50,949 nucleotides of DNA from an uncultured Planctomyces sp. (GCA_964539995.1 CAZILR010000001.1:1-50949); one strand, 5' to 3'; shown: positions 1 to 12,300, counted from the first letter of the stretch. Notes: generated by a model from the sequence alone, not told the origin. Numbers and translations are program-made.

Positions 1-489
1 CAATGATTGCCGGAGCCACGATGAATCGCCGAGACCGAAGACGATCGCTGGCCTTGTTCCGATCTCCCGCAGGACAAGTCCGGGTTGTCGCCCGATCGGA
101 TGATGGATGCGACGTTCAAAGCGGATTTCGATGCCTTCTTCGCAACCAACCCGGAACTCATCCAACGTGACATCGGCCTGCAACTGGAAGCGTTCAAAGA
201 TTTCCACTTCACCAAACAGGTGACTCACGAAACGAGAGACTCAAAGCAGAGATGAACGTCTCTTCGGCAAGGTCCGCGCTCAAGGCCATCAGGCCCATTC
301 CGACAGAACAGAGAATTGGTTCAATCGCAAGCGGCAAAAGAATACGCTATTGGCCGAACGACGCCTGCCGTGCGAGTTGCCCAACATTCTCAAACGGAAG
401 CGATGACGCCAGAGACGGCGATTGGTCGTCAAAGGAAAGGCCCTCGGCTTGGCTCCGCTTACCAAGATTCCTGTTTGACGAGGTTTCAG

Positions 490-3400
490 ATGTTCCTGAG
501 ATTTTCCGCGTTTGTGATGATCGTGGTCTCTGTGTCGATGCTCGCTTGTGCCGACGAGTTGCGGCAGGTCATTTCGCGCGAGCATCCGGCGATTCAGGGA
601 ACCGGGAGCGGGCTGGCCGTTGGGCGAGATGGATCGGTTTATGTCTATGGTGGGAAAGATGGCACGGACTATGCGCTGCGACTCGCTCACGACGGATCGC
701 GGAAGTTCGGAATGCCGACCACCTATGCCACCACGGGTGTCGCAGCGGGTATCGATGGAATCGTGGCGACCTCGAACGCGCATTTCGCGAAGTCAGTCAG
801 CGTGTACGACCGCAGTGGCCGTGAATTGGGCAAGGTCGGTGGTTTCACCGGCAACGATACGGTCGGGTGGGATGGGCCAGGAGCGATTGAAGCTGGGACG
901 AGCGGCGACTTCTTTGCTCTTGATCAGCACGTCGGCCGCATCGTGCGCATCAATTCGTCCGGGCAGATCGTGCGCAGCTATCCGATTCAAGCCGAGGGCG
1001 AGAAGACTTCCGCGCGGTTATGGAGCTACGGCTTTCGTGTCTCCGAAAAGGACGAGCAGTTCTATTTCATTGTCGGAAACGAATTGCTCTGCCGAGGCTT
1101 CGACGGCGTGCGTCGCTGGTCGCTACCGTCGCGAGTGAGTGGTGATCCGTGGGGCGGATATTCGGGAGGCTTTGACGTCGATGCGACCGGTCGGCTGTAC
1201 TTGAATGACGGCGTGGATGCCAAGGTTCGGATCTTCGACGCGAAAGGGCAGCCGGCTGGCGAAGTGACGCTCGACATGGGCGATCGCGCGGCCAGTCCGC
1301 AGGGGCGGATCAGTCATCTGCGTGTGTTGGGTGACGACTTCATCGTGCGTCAGAAATCGGACACCGAAATCTTTCAGGTCTATGACCGAAGCAGCGGTGC
1401 GTTCCGCCGCGTCGTGAACATCGAACATGAGCGATTCACCGTCGAGTACCCGTCGCCGGTGTGGATCGCCGGCAAAACGATGCCGTTTGCGATTCGCTTC
1501 GACGCGGCCGGTCGCGCCACACAGCCACGATTGATGGCCTGGTTGCGACCGCTCGGCACCGTGAAGTTCGCGCCGTTGCCCGTCCATGACGGAAATGTCG
1601 TTGTGCCAGCGGATCGGTCGGGGCTGTTTCAGCTTCGAGTCGGATCGGGACTCGACGGCAGCAACTCGGAGTATCAAGTTCAGTCGGTCATCGAGATTCG
1701 ACCGGAGAACACGATCGGTTCGCTGTCGATTTTCACGCCGCTCAATCGGCGTTCGTTCCGCTGCGGCGAAGCGATCCCGTTCTCGGTGCTGTGTCGTGCG
1801 AAGGATCAGGCACTGCCGTCCGCAGTCGAGGTGCGGTTGCTGGACGACACCGGTCGCGAACACGCGCAACGGCGGATCGAATTGGCGAACGAGCCGGGCA
1901 AGACGGCTTCATCGCGGCTTGATCCCGAACTGACCGCGCGACTGGCGGCAGGCGAGTATCGTCTGACGACGACACTCGCCAATTGGACGATCGCGGATCA
2001 GTATTTGTCGCTCGGCGAAGGTGCGTCTGATCGTAGCCGAGTTGCTCCGCAACTCGGATCGGTGTCGCGGAGCGACACCGCTACGGGTCCGTTTCATCGC
2101 ATTCGACACGGCGACTATACGCTGGCGTATCCCACGACGACGTTCTTCGATGCACCGGAACAGATCGCTCGGCACGTCGCGTTGACGCAGCGAGTGGGTG
2201 AGAACCTGCTCGTCGATCGGTTGGGGCATGGTGGCAGCGGCGCGTTGGGTGAGTTGCCGAACACACTGCGCGATCCGGACCTGATCGCGCGACTGACGAA
2301 CGATCCGATCGCAGTCGCACCGGCAAAGGCCGAGTTCGAGAACCGTATCCTGCAAACCGTCGCGGCCTACGGAGCGGCGGGCATCGAGCAGCAGGCCATT
2401 CTGCTCTACATGGACGCTGGGCTGCCGATCGGCACCGGCTTTGACAAGCGATCGCCGGACGAATTGGCCCGCGAGGTTCAGAACGTGACGCGCCGGCTCG
2501 CGGACTATCCCGCGTTTCGCGGTTGGAGTTGGGCGGCCAACTGGTGGATCGAAGCTCGTGGTGCCGCGCTCGCGACATCGCCCGGCGAAAAGATCGCTTA
2601 TGAAGCGGCTTACAAAGCCGCGCAAGAATCGGGCCGATGGGATTCGGTGTTGGAGAAAGTTTCCGACCGCTGGATCAATCACGCGATCGATGCTGAGCGG
2701 CGACTGCGTACGGCGATGACATCCAGCACCGAGCCATCCAAAACGCTCGTCAGCGCGATGACCGCTCCGTACCGCCAGCCGGGGATCATCCCGCCACTGA
2801 CGTTTGCGAACGCGAACGAGGTCGATCTGCACTTTCAGGCCGAACAGATTCAATGGCCCATGATCTCCGCGCACAACGTCGATTTCTACAAGCGGCCGGG
2901 CCGGCCCGCGTGGGGGCATCCCGAACTCTGGAACGACGACGGCACCGGCGGTCAGATTCTGTCTGCGGCGTTGCAGATGGTGATGCGCGGAGCCAACGGT
3001 ATCGGTCAGTCGGGTTCCACGAAGGGTTTCAGTTCGCCGGACTCCGATCCTCGCAGCACCGGGCCGGGCGCGACGTCGGTGCATCGGCGCATGAATGAAT
3101 GGCTTGCGAAGCACGGCTCGTGGCTCGCATCGTTTGAAGCGAGCGACCCGATCGTGATTCCCGTCTCCACGCGCATGATGCGCATGGAACTTGGCTGGCA
3201 GGGAGTCGGCGGGTTCTACTTCACGCGGCTGTTTGAAGCGTACAACGCCTGCTTCCGCGCACATCGGCCGGCGAGCTTCGTGTTTGCCGAAGACTGCCAG
3301 CCAGAATCGTTCACCAAGTTCAAGGCCGTGCTGTTGGTCAGTCAGACGGTGGAACTTGATCCGCCACTTCGCAGCGCCCTCGAACGCGCCGCGGCGGCTG

Positions 3401-6141
3401 GCGTGCCGATCTTCACGGACAAGACGAGTCGAGCAGAACTCGTGAGAGATTTCTCGCCGCGTCCCATCGACATCGAGTTCACGCGCGTCGAACACGAGCA
3501 TCATGCGCTGAACGACGACAGCGCATTCTGGCGTTATCGCGAGCACATCCTTGGTCACGCCGCCGCGCTCGATGCGGCGTTCGGCAAGACCGTACCCTCG
3601 GTGGCCGAGTGCGAACATCGCGAAGTGCTGCTGACGGAACGGCGACTCGGCGATGTGAGCGTGCTTTGGGCGGTGAATGATGCGGCCGTGCCGTTGGAAC
3701 CGGCTCATCTCTGGCGTGTGAGTCTGGCGGCAGGCAGCCGAATGCCGGTCGTCACTCCATTGAACTGGCCAGCGGCAAAAGGGCGCGATGTGTACGAACT
3801 CTTTTCAGGGCAGCGAATCGATGCCGATGGTGAACTGCCCGTTGATCTGCGACATGCACCGGCTCGGATCTTCGTCGCGGTGCCGCGTGGCAGTCGAACG
3901 CCGATTCTCGACGCCGAACGTCGAGTCACATCCGAACCATTCGCCGCGCGGCTGCGGGATGTGGCCGTGAGCCGCGACAACGGAACTGCACTCGTCACCG
4001 CTGCTGGCTGGGATCGCAATGCGTTCGTCGTTGATCTCAAAGATGGGTCCGTGCGTCGGCAGGAGAAGATTGGACATCACTTCGCCTACGCACCGACTCG
4101 CACACTGACCGGTTTCGCCGTCCAAGGCTACGACCTGAATTCGGCGGAAGGTTTTCATCTGCATTTGCTGGACGATGCCGGACGAGCATCACGCCGTTTC
4201 GCGCTCTACGGGTTGCCCAAACGCGGTACGAACTGGGCCGTCGCGCGACAGTGGCAAGAGCCGATCAACAGCTTCGCGGTGTCTCCCGATGGAACGTGGG
4301 TCGCGTCGGCCGGTGATCTCGGTCTGGCGGTCTGGTCGGCAGATGGGAAGCGACTGTGGTCGGACGATTGGTGGCGCAACAGTCGTCAGCGACGTCGGCT
4401 TCTGGCGGTCGATCGTCGCACGTTGTTGGAGTTCGACGGTTTCACGGCGACGGCACGAGACGCGCAGACCGGCAAGGCACAGTGGTCGCACAAACTCGGC
4501 GAGACGGGTGTCTTGACCGCGGCGACAGCGAGCGCCGACGGCCGCGTTGTGGCACTCCGATCAACGGCGAACGGCGGGCGAGTTTTCATTCTTCGCGACG
4601 GACAGCCGACAGCGTCACTCGCAACCCCCGCCGATGGCATGACGCTGTCAGCGGACGGGCGATACGTCGCCGTCACTTGGCAACATGAACTGCGGCTGTT
4701 CGACACAACGGGAGGCTTACTCTGGAGCGTTGAGGCGGACGATGTGCTGCGCTCACCCCGCTTCAGTCCGAACGGGCAGCGAGTTGCCGTCGGAAGCGAA
4801 CTGGGCACGCTACTCGTGTTCGACACCGATGGCCGTCGCGTGTTGGAACGCGATCTCGGTGCGCTGCCGGTTGTCGATTGGCTCGACGATGGTGGACTGC
4901 TGGTCGCGACATGGCTCGGACAACTGACGCGACTCAAGCCGGACTTCGAGCCTCTCTGGTCCACGACCTTGCAATCGGATGCGGTCATCGGTTCGCAAGA
5001 TTTGCTCGCGGCCGACGCGACGCCAACATCGCGCGTCGAGGACTGGGGCAACGCCGCGCGGGAGACAGCACCGTTGACGCCCAATCTGCTCACCGAAACG
5101 CAAGCCCTGATCGAAGCGCGTTGCGAACCAACGACGCACGGCGATCCGCGACAGTGGCAACACAAAATCGAACTCTTGCGCGATGGCGATCCGGCAGCGC
5201 CGAAGACTCCGTGGCTGGAATGGACCGACATCAGCTACCTCGATTCGGGTTGGCGATCCAAGCTGGTCGTTGAGGTGGACACGTTTCGGTCGCAGGTTCG
5301 CCTCCGCGGCGTGACGATTGTCGAAGACGCCGCGCACCCGGAATCGTGGACTCGTGACATGCGACTGCAATGGTGGGATTCGTCGGCAGCCAACTGGCGA
5401 GACGGTCCGTATTTGCTGGCCAATCTCGCTCGCGCCAATCGTGAGTCATCGACGGTGGCCCACACACACTGGTTCGATGCGCCGCTAGAGGCCGCGAAGT
5501 TCCGGTTCGTTTCGACGGGCGGTGCTTCATGGCCGGTCGGCAACTTGCGCTGGGGCGAGTTGGTCTTCCACGGTGAAGTGCTGGGACCATCGCACCCCGA
5601 TGCGGTCGCGAACCGACCGATCGCGGTGCTGTTCGACGAGCGTGAGGATGACTTGAAGCACCTGCTGGCCTACGGCGACTACCCGTTCGCCTTCCGTTAC
5701 GACGACGCGCACTCCGGCGGCAAGAGTTTGGCGTTGACCCGTGCCGGCAGCACGACACCGAACTGGCGACCACCCTTCGGCCATGTGCTGCCGAACTGGG
5801 ACTTCGAGATTGTCGAGCATCCCGAGAAGCCCGGCCAATATCGTTGGCTGGAATTCTCGTGGAAAGCCGCGTCCCAGGAGACGCGCGGCCTGACCTTGCG
5901 ACTCGGCCCGCACCACGGTGGCGGCGTGGCACTCATCGCCGGTGAAGCCACTCGCTTTGAAAGTGTTATCGAATCCAAACAGTCCGACACACCACCAACC
6001 GCGTGGCAGACAGTGCGAATCGATCTCTGGAAACTGCACGGCAAGCCGTTCTCAATCCGCAGCCTGTCTCTCGGCTCGGTCGGCGGCGGAGCTTTGTTCG
6101 ACCGCATCGTCCTGTCGCGATCCGCCTCAGAGTTCAAGTAG
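490..6141 (+). CDS. Large secreted multi-domain protein: NHL-like repeats, uncharacterised central region, WD40/PQQ-like propeller, C-terminal beta-rich modules
   Basis: Open frame 316..6141. The first credible start is ATG 490, with GAGG about 8 nt upstream, giving the signal-peptide-like MFLRFSAFVMIVVSVSMLACADE. NHL-like strings: GRDGSVYVYGG, ATGRLYLNDG..VRIFDAKG. WD40/PQQ-like strings: SPDGTWVASAG..LAVWSADGKRLW, SADGRYVAVT..LRLFDTTG, SPNGQRVAVGS..LLVFDTDGR. Confidence 0.8.
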   Translation: MFLRFSAFVMIVVSVSMLACADELRQVISREHPAIQGTGSGLAVGRDGSVYVYGGKDGTDYALRLAHDGSRKFGMPTTYATTGVAAGIDGIVATSNAHFAKSVSVYDRSGRELGKVGGFTGNDTVGWDGPGAIEAGTSGDFFALDQHVGRIVRINSSGQIVRSYPIQAEGEKTSARLWSYGFRVSEKDEQFYFIVGNELLCRGFDGVRRWSLPSRVSGDPWGGYSGGFDVDATGRLYLNDGVDAKVRIFDAKGQPAGEVTLDMGDRAASPQGRISHLRVLGDDFIVRQKSDTEIFQVYDRSSGAFRRVVNIEHERFTVEYPSPVWIAGKTMPFAIRFDAAGRATQPRLMAWLRPLGTVKFAPLPVHDGNVVVPADRSGLFQLRVGSGLDGSNSEYQVQSVIEIRPENTIGSLSIFTPLNRRSFRCGEAIPFSVLCRAKDQALPSAVEVRLLDDTGREHAQRRIELANEPGKTASSRLDPELTARLAAGEYRLTTTLANWTIADQYLSLGEGASDRSRVAPQLGSVSRSDTATGPFHRIRHGDYTLAYPTTTFFDAPEQIARHVALTQRVGENLLVDRLGHGGSGALGELPNTLRDPDLIARLTNDPIAVAPAKAEFENRILQTVAAYGAAGIEQQAILLYMDAGLPIGTGFDKRSPDELAREVQNVTRRLADYPAFRGWSWAANWWIEARGAALATSPGEKIAYEAAYKAAQESGRWDSVLEKVSDRWINHAIDAERRLRTAMTSSTEPSKTLVSAMTAPYRQPGIIPPLTFANANEVDLHFQAEQIQWPMISAHNVDFYKRPGRPAWGHPELWNDDGTGGQILSAALQMVMRGANGIGQSGSTKGFSSPDSDPRSTGPGATSVHRRMNEWLAKHGSWLASFEASDPIVIPVSTRMMRMELGWQGVGGFYFTRLFEAYNACFRAHRPASFVFAEDCQPESFTKFKAVLLVSQTVELDPPLRSALERAAAAGVPIFTDKTSRAELVRDFSPRPIDIEFTRVEHEHHALNDDSAFWRYREHILGHAAALDAAFGKTVPSVAECEHREVLLTERRLGDVSVLWAVNDAAVPLEPAHLWRVSLAAGSRMPVVTPLNWPAAKGRDVYELFSGQRIDADGELPVDLRHAPARIFVAVPRGSRTPILDAERRVTSEPFAARLRDVAVSRDNGTALVTAAGWDRNAFVVDLKDGSVRRQEKIGHHFAYAPTRTLTGFAVQGYDLNSAEGFHLHLLDDAGRASRRFALYGLPKRGTNWAVARQWQEPINSFAVSPDGTWVASAGDLGLAVWSADGKRLWSDDWWRNSRQRRRLLAVDRRTLLEFDGFTATARDAQTGKAQWSHKLGETGVLTAATASADGRVVALRSTANGGRVFILRDGQPTASLATPADGMTLSADGRYVAVTWQHELRLFDTTGGLLWSVEADDVLRSPRFSPNGQRVAVGSELGTLLVFDTDGRRVLERDLGALPVVDWLDDGGLLVATWLGQLTRLKPDFEPLWSTTLQSDAVIGSQDLLAADATPTSRVEDWGNAARETAPLTPNLLTETQALIEARCEPTTHGDPRQWQHKIELLRDGDPAAPKTPWLEWTDISYLDSGWRSKLVVEVDTFRSQVRLRGVTIVEDAAHPESWTRDMRLQWWDSSAANWRDGPYLLANLARANRESSTVAHTHWFDAPLEAAKFRFVSTGGASWPVGNLRWGELVFHGEVLGPSHPDAVANRPIAVLFDEREDDLKHLLAYGDYPFAFRYDDAHSGGKSLALTRAGSTTPNWRPPFGHVLPNWDFEIVEHPEKPGQYRWLEFSWKAASQETRGLTLRLGPHHGGGVALIAGEATRFESVIESKQSDTPPTAWQTVRIDLWKLHGKPFSIRSLSLGSVGGGALFDRIVLSRSASEFK

Positions 6142-6309
6142 TCGAAGTACACGACGGATTTAATGTCGGTATACCGTTCGCCGTTTGTCTTCACTTCGAC
6201 CAATCACCATCAACTCCGCCGATCCGGCGCAGTTCTCGCTCTATATCCCCACGCGATCGGCTGAGTTTTTTACCACACGGCATTGACCTGCGGACCCGAA
6301 CGGGGGCTC

Positions 6310-9300
6310 TCAGAGAGTGGTCTTAATTTCTCCATTGATGGCATCAAGGGCATCACCGACCGATTGGAAAAACCAGTCCAGATCGACGTTATTTGGAGAC
6401 GCCGCACTACCATTGAGCCTATCGGCCGCATTTGCGTCGTTTTTCACGGAAGCGCTGTCGAGTTTGATCGTGCCGCTCGAAACGCCCGAGTCGCGAAGGT
6501 TCGACACGCGCGAAGCATAGTCCAGATCCGGTCGTTTCCACTCTGCAATGATTGCGATCAACGCGGAAAGGTTGCCGCTGTGAGAACTGATGCCGCCGAT
6601 CAGGATATCTTCGTCGAGGCCACCGATGAGCGTGTCGGAATCCAAGCCACCAATCAGCACATCTCGGCCGGTGCCACCGTCGAGTGAATCCTTTTTTGAG
6701 CCGCCGATCAACACGTCATCACCAGCACCGCCTCTCAAAGTGACCGAGCCAAGCGTGAATTGATCAGCAAGCAACTTGTTATCGGAGTCGCCGCCCAGCA
6801 GTTGGGCGGTTTCGATACCCGTCAGATTCAGCATGCCGAACCCGGAAGAAATCAACGACACGTTGGTCAACGTAGTCACGTCCACGTCGCGTTCGACCAC
6901 GATCCTGTCTGTGACGCCGCCTGTGCCCCCGTGAATGGAGCCACTGCCGGTCCAATTGCCGACTGTGAATATGTCATTCCCGGAACTGCCTGTCAGATTC
7001 GCGACACGCAGGTCCGACAATGCAAGATCCAAGTTGTCGGCCACATTTGTGATCAGTCGCGTATCGGAAAGTGCGAAAGTGGTCACGTTTCGTGACGCGA
7101 CGAGCGTGTCGATTCCGCCTCCGCCTGTCAGCGTTCCTTTGCCTTTCCACCCGCTGACGTTGAACGTGTTGTTCCCGCTACCACCGGTGAGGTCCGCGAC
7201 CGTGATTTGTGACAGCGTTAGGTTTCCAAAGCTCGGAGAGACCAGCGACGTGGCTGCCAGAGTGAAGTTGGTATCGCGCGTAATGGACAGTTTATTGGCC
7301 CCGAGTCCGCCAATGAGCTTGGCCGTTCCTGTCCAGCCGGTGAGGTCGAACAAATCGTCTCCGCTGCCACCAGTTAGGCTCGCGTCCGAGACGCCGGTGA
7401 GGGCGAGGTTCAGAGAACGATCAGACGACTGCAGGACCGAATTGCTCAGTAGAAAGCCGCTGTTCTTTGTGGCGATAACGGAGTCGCCAGTGCCTCCGCC
7501 ACCCGTGAGTCGGCCGCTGCCGGTCCAACCACTGACCGTGAATGTGTCTTTAGCGGTACTGCCCGTCAGATTCGCCGTTTGCAGATTCAGGAGCTTGTCC
7601 GCACCAACGCCAGTGAGGCTGGTACTCGTCAACACGAAATTGATGGCGTTCGGAGTGGCCGCGAATTCGGTCAACGTATTTGCGCCCTGGCCACCGTCGA
7701 GAGAGTCATTTCCCAATCCGCCGCTCAGAGTGTCGTTGCCTCCGCGACCATCGAGCGAATTGTTGAATTTGTTTCCCGTCAGAGAATCATTTCCAGCCCC
7801 ACCAATCACAGATTCAATGCTTTCGGGAATCATGATCAGGCTGCGATTGGTATGCACAGCCGCCAACGTCGTCTGAGCATTTCCCACCAGACTGATCGTG
7901 ATGGGAACGTCGGCCGGCAGAGCGCTAAAATCCAATTGATCGCCCGTCCCATCGGTCGCGAGTTCAATTAAGGAATCCGTTTCAAGGCTTGTCGCAAGAC
8001 CAAAGACGTAGAGATCGTTTCCTCCTCGTCCGACAAGTTGATCGTTTCCTGGACCACCCTCCAGACGGTTCACAGCGGCGGTGCCTTTGAGGATGTCATT
8101 GCCGGAACCGCCGGTCACGTTCTCAATCGTGTTGGCGGAAATCGTCAAACTAAAATCGGCAAAGACCACTTGAAGAGTGCCCAGACTGAGATCGACCGTC
8201 ACGCCGGAACTCAGCAAGCTGAAATCCAAACGGTCGCCGGTGCCTTCGGTACTCAATTCGGTCACAACATCGCGCTCATTAGTGCTCGTCTCATTTTGGA
8301 AGACGTACACATCGTCACCAAACTTGCCAAATAAACTGTCGTTACCAGTTCCACCGACGAGCGTGTCGTTGCCGGACGCTCCAGTCAAAGTGTCGTTTCC
8401 AGATCGGCCTTCTAATCGGTTGGCGACCAAATTTCCGATCAGCGTGTCGTGCCCCAAACCACCGATGACGTTTTCGATGTTGGCTGCCGAGAAGATCAGA
8501 TTGCGATTGAGGTGAACCAACTGTGTGGTCGCCGTGCTACTAAGATCCACGATCACGCTGACTGCTGCTGAAAGACTGCTGAAATCGAGTTGATCCGCCG
8601 TTCCTTCATTCGTTAGTTCGGTCAGCGTGTCTGTTTCGAGCGTCGTCGCTTCCGCGAAGAGATACGAGTCAGCGCCGGTGCTTCCCATAAGTGTGTCGTT
8701 CCCGCGTCCGCCAGTCAGTGTGTCGTTACCAGACCCTCCTTCCAAACGATCGTTCGCGAGACTGCCGATCAGCAAGTCGTTCCCCGCACCGCCAAGGACC
8801 GTCAGGAACATCGCAGGCAAGTTGCTGAAATCTGCGAGATCGTTCGCAGCACTCAAAGTGACCGTTAACGAAATAGGATCGTCGTTCGAACTTGTCGGCA
8901 ACGAAGCCGAAAGTTCAGGAATGGTCGCCGAAACATCGCCACCAGCGAGTTGCATCCGGAACCGTGAGACCAGCTCACCCGATGCGGGCGGCGACACCGA
9001 AACATCCGACGCGAAATCGGAGTTCACCGTGAATCGACGATTGGCCGTGGTCACATTATCGACCCAATGTTCAACCCCGGTCAGTACTACGGAGCGTTGG
9101 TTCCAAGTCATCACGGTGCGACCGGCCAAGTCGCTGGCGATGGCCGTCTCCACGGCCGTTATTGGGAGGCTTCCACCGACGATTAGCGAATCGTCAGCGT
9201 GGCCTCCTCCGGTGAAGAAGAGCCCGGCGATCGGCAACGGAAGTTGGCCCGCGCTCAGTTGCAATGTCAGATGATTCGCGCTGGAGACCCGGCCGGCAAC

Positions 9301-12300
9301 GATCAATTGCTCGACCTGATTCATCGGCCAAGTTGCCACGACAACTTGGGAATTGGCTGTGTCGCTAACAAGCAGTCGGCCAGACTCGACGCTGACCGTC
9401 AAGCCGCCGCTCTCTGGCCACTGGTTGGCGAGGATTTCAAAGACCTCCGGCTCGTCGATCACTTGGATCGTCACCGTCTGAATACGAGCGGCACCGAACG
9501 AATCCTTCACTTGGACTTCAAAGGTCAGTTCCGGGTGCGACTCGAAATCGAGCGAACTTCGCAGCGTCAATTGACCATTGCCGGAATTGATCTGGATGGG
9601 AAAGCCTTCGGTGGCATTGACGATGCTGAAGGTCAGACCTTGCTGGCCAGGGTTTTCGTCCGAAGCCTCGACCGTGCCGATGAACGTGGTTGGTGGCGTG
9701 AGTTCGAGAACAGAAATCGTCGCTGACGCGGCAACTTGCGGAGCGGCGTTGGCGAATGCCTCGATGGTGAAATCGGCGATACCTGTCGTGGCGTTTGGGC
9801 TGAGCGCAACCAAGTGCGTGCCGGCGGCGAGTCCGTTCTGATAGACATCGAAGTAGCCCTGAGTCAGCGTGCTGTTGGCGTTAACCAGTTCTTGATGACC
9901 GTTAGCCACGACGATGTCGAGCTGCAAATCACCATTCAGGTTGGCAACGATCGTGGCGGCCGGCGGCGGTCCCTGGATCGACGCGCTCGGCTCGAAGGGG
10001 ATCGCCGCCAGGAAGCTCACGCCACTCGCGACCCCCTCGTTGAAGAGCACATACATCTCCGGCTTGCCGCTTAATGTCGCAGCGACATCGGCATATCCAT
10101 CGCCATCGAGGTCGCTGGCGACGAGCGTCGCAATGGCGGGAATTGCGCTTCCCAACGAACCTCCGCCGATCGACCCGCCTTGAAACAAGTCACTGAACGC
10201 GACTCGCCCGGGCACCGTACTCACGCCTTGATTGAGCAGCACGCCCCAATTGGACACCGGCCCGTCGCTGTGCGCTCCGCGTCCAATCACGAGATCGGGG
10301 CGACCATCCTTGTTGAAGTCTCCCACCGAGACTTTCTGGACGGCTGGCCCCAAATCGGTGAGGGGAATAGGGTCCAAGAATGGGAGTTGATTCGCGCTCG
10401 CCGCCACGCCGTAGTGAATCACCAGCCCGTCATGGTTCGCCACAATCAGATCAACGAAACCGTCGCCATTCAGATCGGTGGATGCCAAATCATGAACCGC
10501 CAGGCCGAGCGTGTTGAACGTGAGTTTGGAAAAACTCGCTCCCGAATTGCGCAGCAGCCCTAATTGTGCGGACTGTCCCAATGTTGGCAGGCTACTGTTC
10601 GTGACAATGACATCTTGATTTGCGTCGCGGTCAATATCGACGAGCTGCATCTGCCGAGGCTTGAAGGTGTCGTTGAAAACAAAGGACTGTGACAATCCGA
10701 AGGCAGTGCTTCCGCTGTCTCGCGAGTAGAGAACAACCGCGCCTCGGAGTTGGTTGGTGTTGTCGTTTTCGGCCGCCACCGCCAACCAGTTGGTCGAGCC
10801 TTGCTGCCAACCGACCACCGATCGTGGCACCCGGAGATTTGAGGGAAGGGTCAACGTCCCATCCGCCACGAATGCCGGTGGCTGCCCTTCAGAATTGACC
10901 GGCGGTGGTGTTACGTTCCGAAAAAGCTCGATCGTGGAAAGCGCTTGGCTCGTGCTTCCCGCGCGAGTGCCGACAACCGCGAGGTCCAACCGAGCGTCGC
11001 CGTCCAAGTGGATCGTTGTGACACCGGTCGCGGAGACGACCGAGGTCGCGGTCTCGATCCCTTTGAAATTATGACCGTTGGGCGATTCTTGAATGACATC
11101 CGAACCGTGCTTCAATCGGACTTCGTACGATCCTTGAGGAAGATTTGATCGAGAGAACGTCCCATCGTTCCCGATCGCGACCGAAATCGGTGACGGAGGT
11201 GTTTCCAGAAACTTCTGTTGGATTTCAATGTGAGTGTCGGCTTTGGCCTCCGGTGACAAACTGGCCCAACCAAAGACGTTGCCTGAGATGGTCCCGTCCA
11301 CAGGAATAGACGCTCCGACAAGCTGCACTCCGAAGTTGCCGACCTGCACATCGCTCACCGCCAAATTCATCACATGACTTTGGAGGCGGGCCTTGTCCAA
11401 GACGGCGTTGGCGAGGGCGGCCACGCTCAGGCGATGCAGGTCGATACCGACATCGATTCGCGTCATCAGCCCTTGCTCGTTGTCGCCGTCGTGAATCACT
11501 TGCCCCGTGGTCCGCAGCAATTCTCGAAATTGGGCAGGAGTCAGCCGTTGCCCCAACCGTTCCTCGGCCAACTGCTGAATGAGCACTGCGGCTCCGGTGA
11601 CGAACGGCGCGGCTTGGCTGGTGCCGCTGAGGAGTTGAACCGAACCGTCCAACGCGGGCCCACGAATCGCCACGCCAGGCGCGAACACATCAGTGAGGCT
11701 CGCTGAACGCTGAGAGAATCCGGCAATCTCGTCGATGCTGATGGGGCCGATATCCGTGGCCCCAGTAGGCCAAGTCCTGCTCGAACTTGCCGCTCCATAA
11801 GTCGCGCCAACGGCCAGGACCGACGGATCAGCGGCGGGATAGGCCACTCCCAATGGCGTCGATGGACCATGAGCGTTGCCGGCCGCCGCGACGGTGATGA
11901 TGCGCAACGCCTCGAGTGCGGCGAATTCATCCGCCAAAGCACGATCCGCGACAGGATTCGAGAAGTTACCGGCAGCGAGTGAGAGATTCACTGCCACGAT
12001 ATTGAACACAGCGGCATTCGCCACGGTCCAAAGCAACGCCTCTTCGAGCGTTCGTGTATCGGTCGGTCCTGAGCCGAGTACTTTCAAATGAATGATGTCC
12101 ACACCGGGCGCGACCCCCAGAAAGTTTGACTCACCGGCGATGATCCCGCTGACGTGCGTGCCATGTCCTTGAGTGTCCTGACCCTCGGTCATCGGAGTCG
12201 AAGTGTCACCACTCACGAAGGTCTTATGCACGATGATGCGGTCGCCGACGCCGTCGTTATCGGCATCAGGTCCGAAAGCGGGATGATCGAGGTCGATTCC

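Noticed and set aside
100-255. 51-codon ORF at the left edge (MMDATFKADFDAFFATNPELIQRDIGLQLEAFKDFHFTKQV...).
   Set aside because: The sequence looks protein-like, but the ORF is short, has in-frame stops just upstream (4-6 and 22-24), and has no recognisable motif or SD. It could be a small gene or a frameshifted 3' remnant. There is not enough support to call it.
316-489. N-terminal 58-codon extension of the first large ORF, and the overlapping ORF 252-824.
   Set aside because: The extension has no signal peptide or motif. The ATG at 490 gives a clean signal peptide with a GAGG upstream.
1909-3708. Long antisense or overlapping ORFs. Examples: 1909-3708 (-), 1123-1869 (-), 21286-22296 (-), 23942-25207 (-), 28972-29880 (-), 35851-36804 (+), 41481-42650 (+), 43019-43747 (+), 49756-50877 (+).
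   Set aside because: Each lies entirely inside, and opposite or out of frame to, an ORF with clear domain motifs. Their translations are Arg/Pro/Gly/Ser-rich with no motifs, as expected for shadow ORFs in GC-rich DNA.
6142-6309. The intergenic gap between the convergent giant genes, and the gaps 16828-17106 and 48567-48735, scanned for tRNA/ncRNA or strong palindromes.
   Set aside because: No T-loop-like GGTTCGA motif or cloverleaf potential was seen. Only short, weak inverted repeats were found (for example gatca-ctgct-tgatc near 17016-17030).
6700-8800. Regularly periodic DNA that might be mistaken for a CRISPR-like or satellite array.
   Set aside because: The periodicity is in-frame protein repeats (RTX modules and a 61-68 aa repeat) inside one continuous ORF. 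There are no conserved direct repeats with unique spacers.
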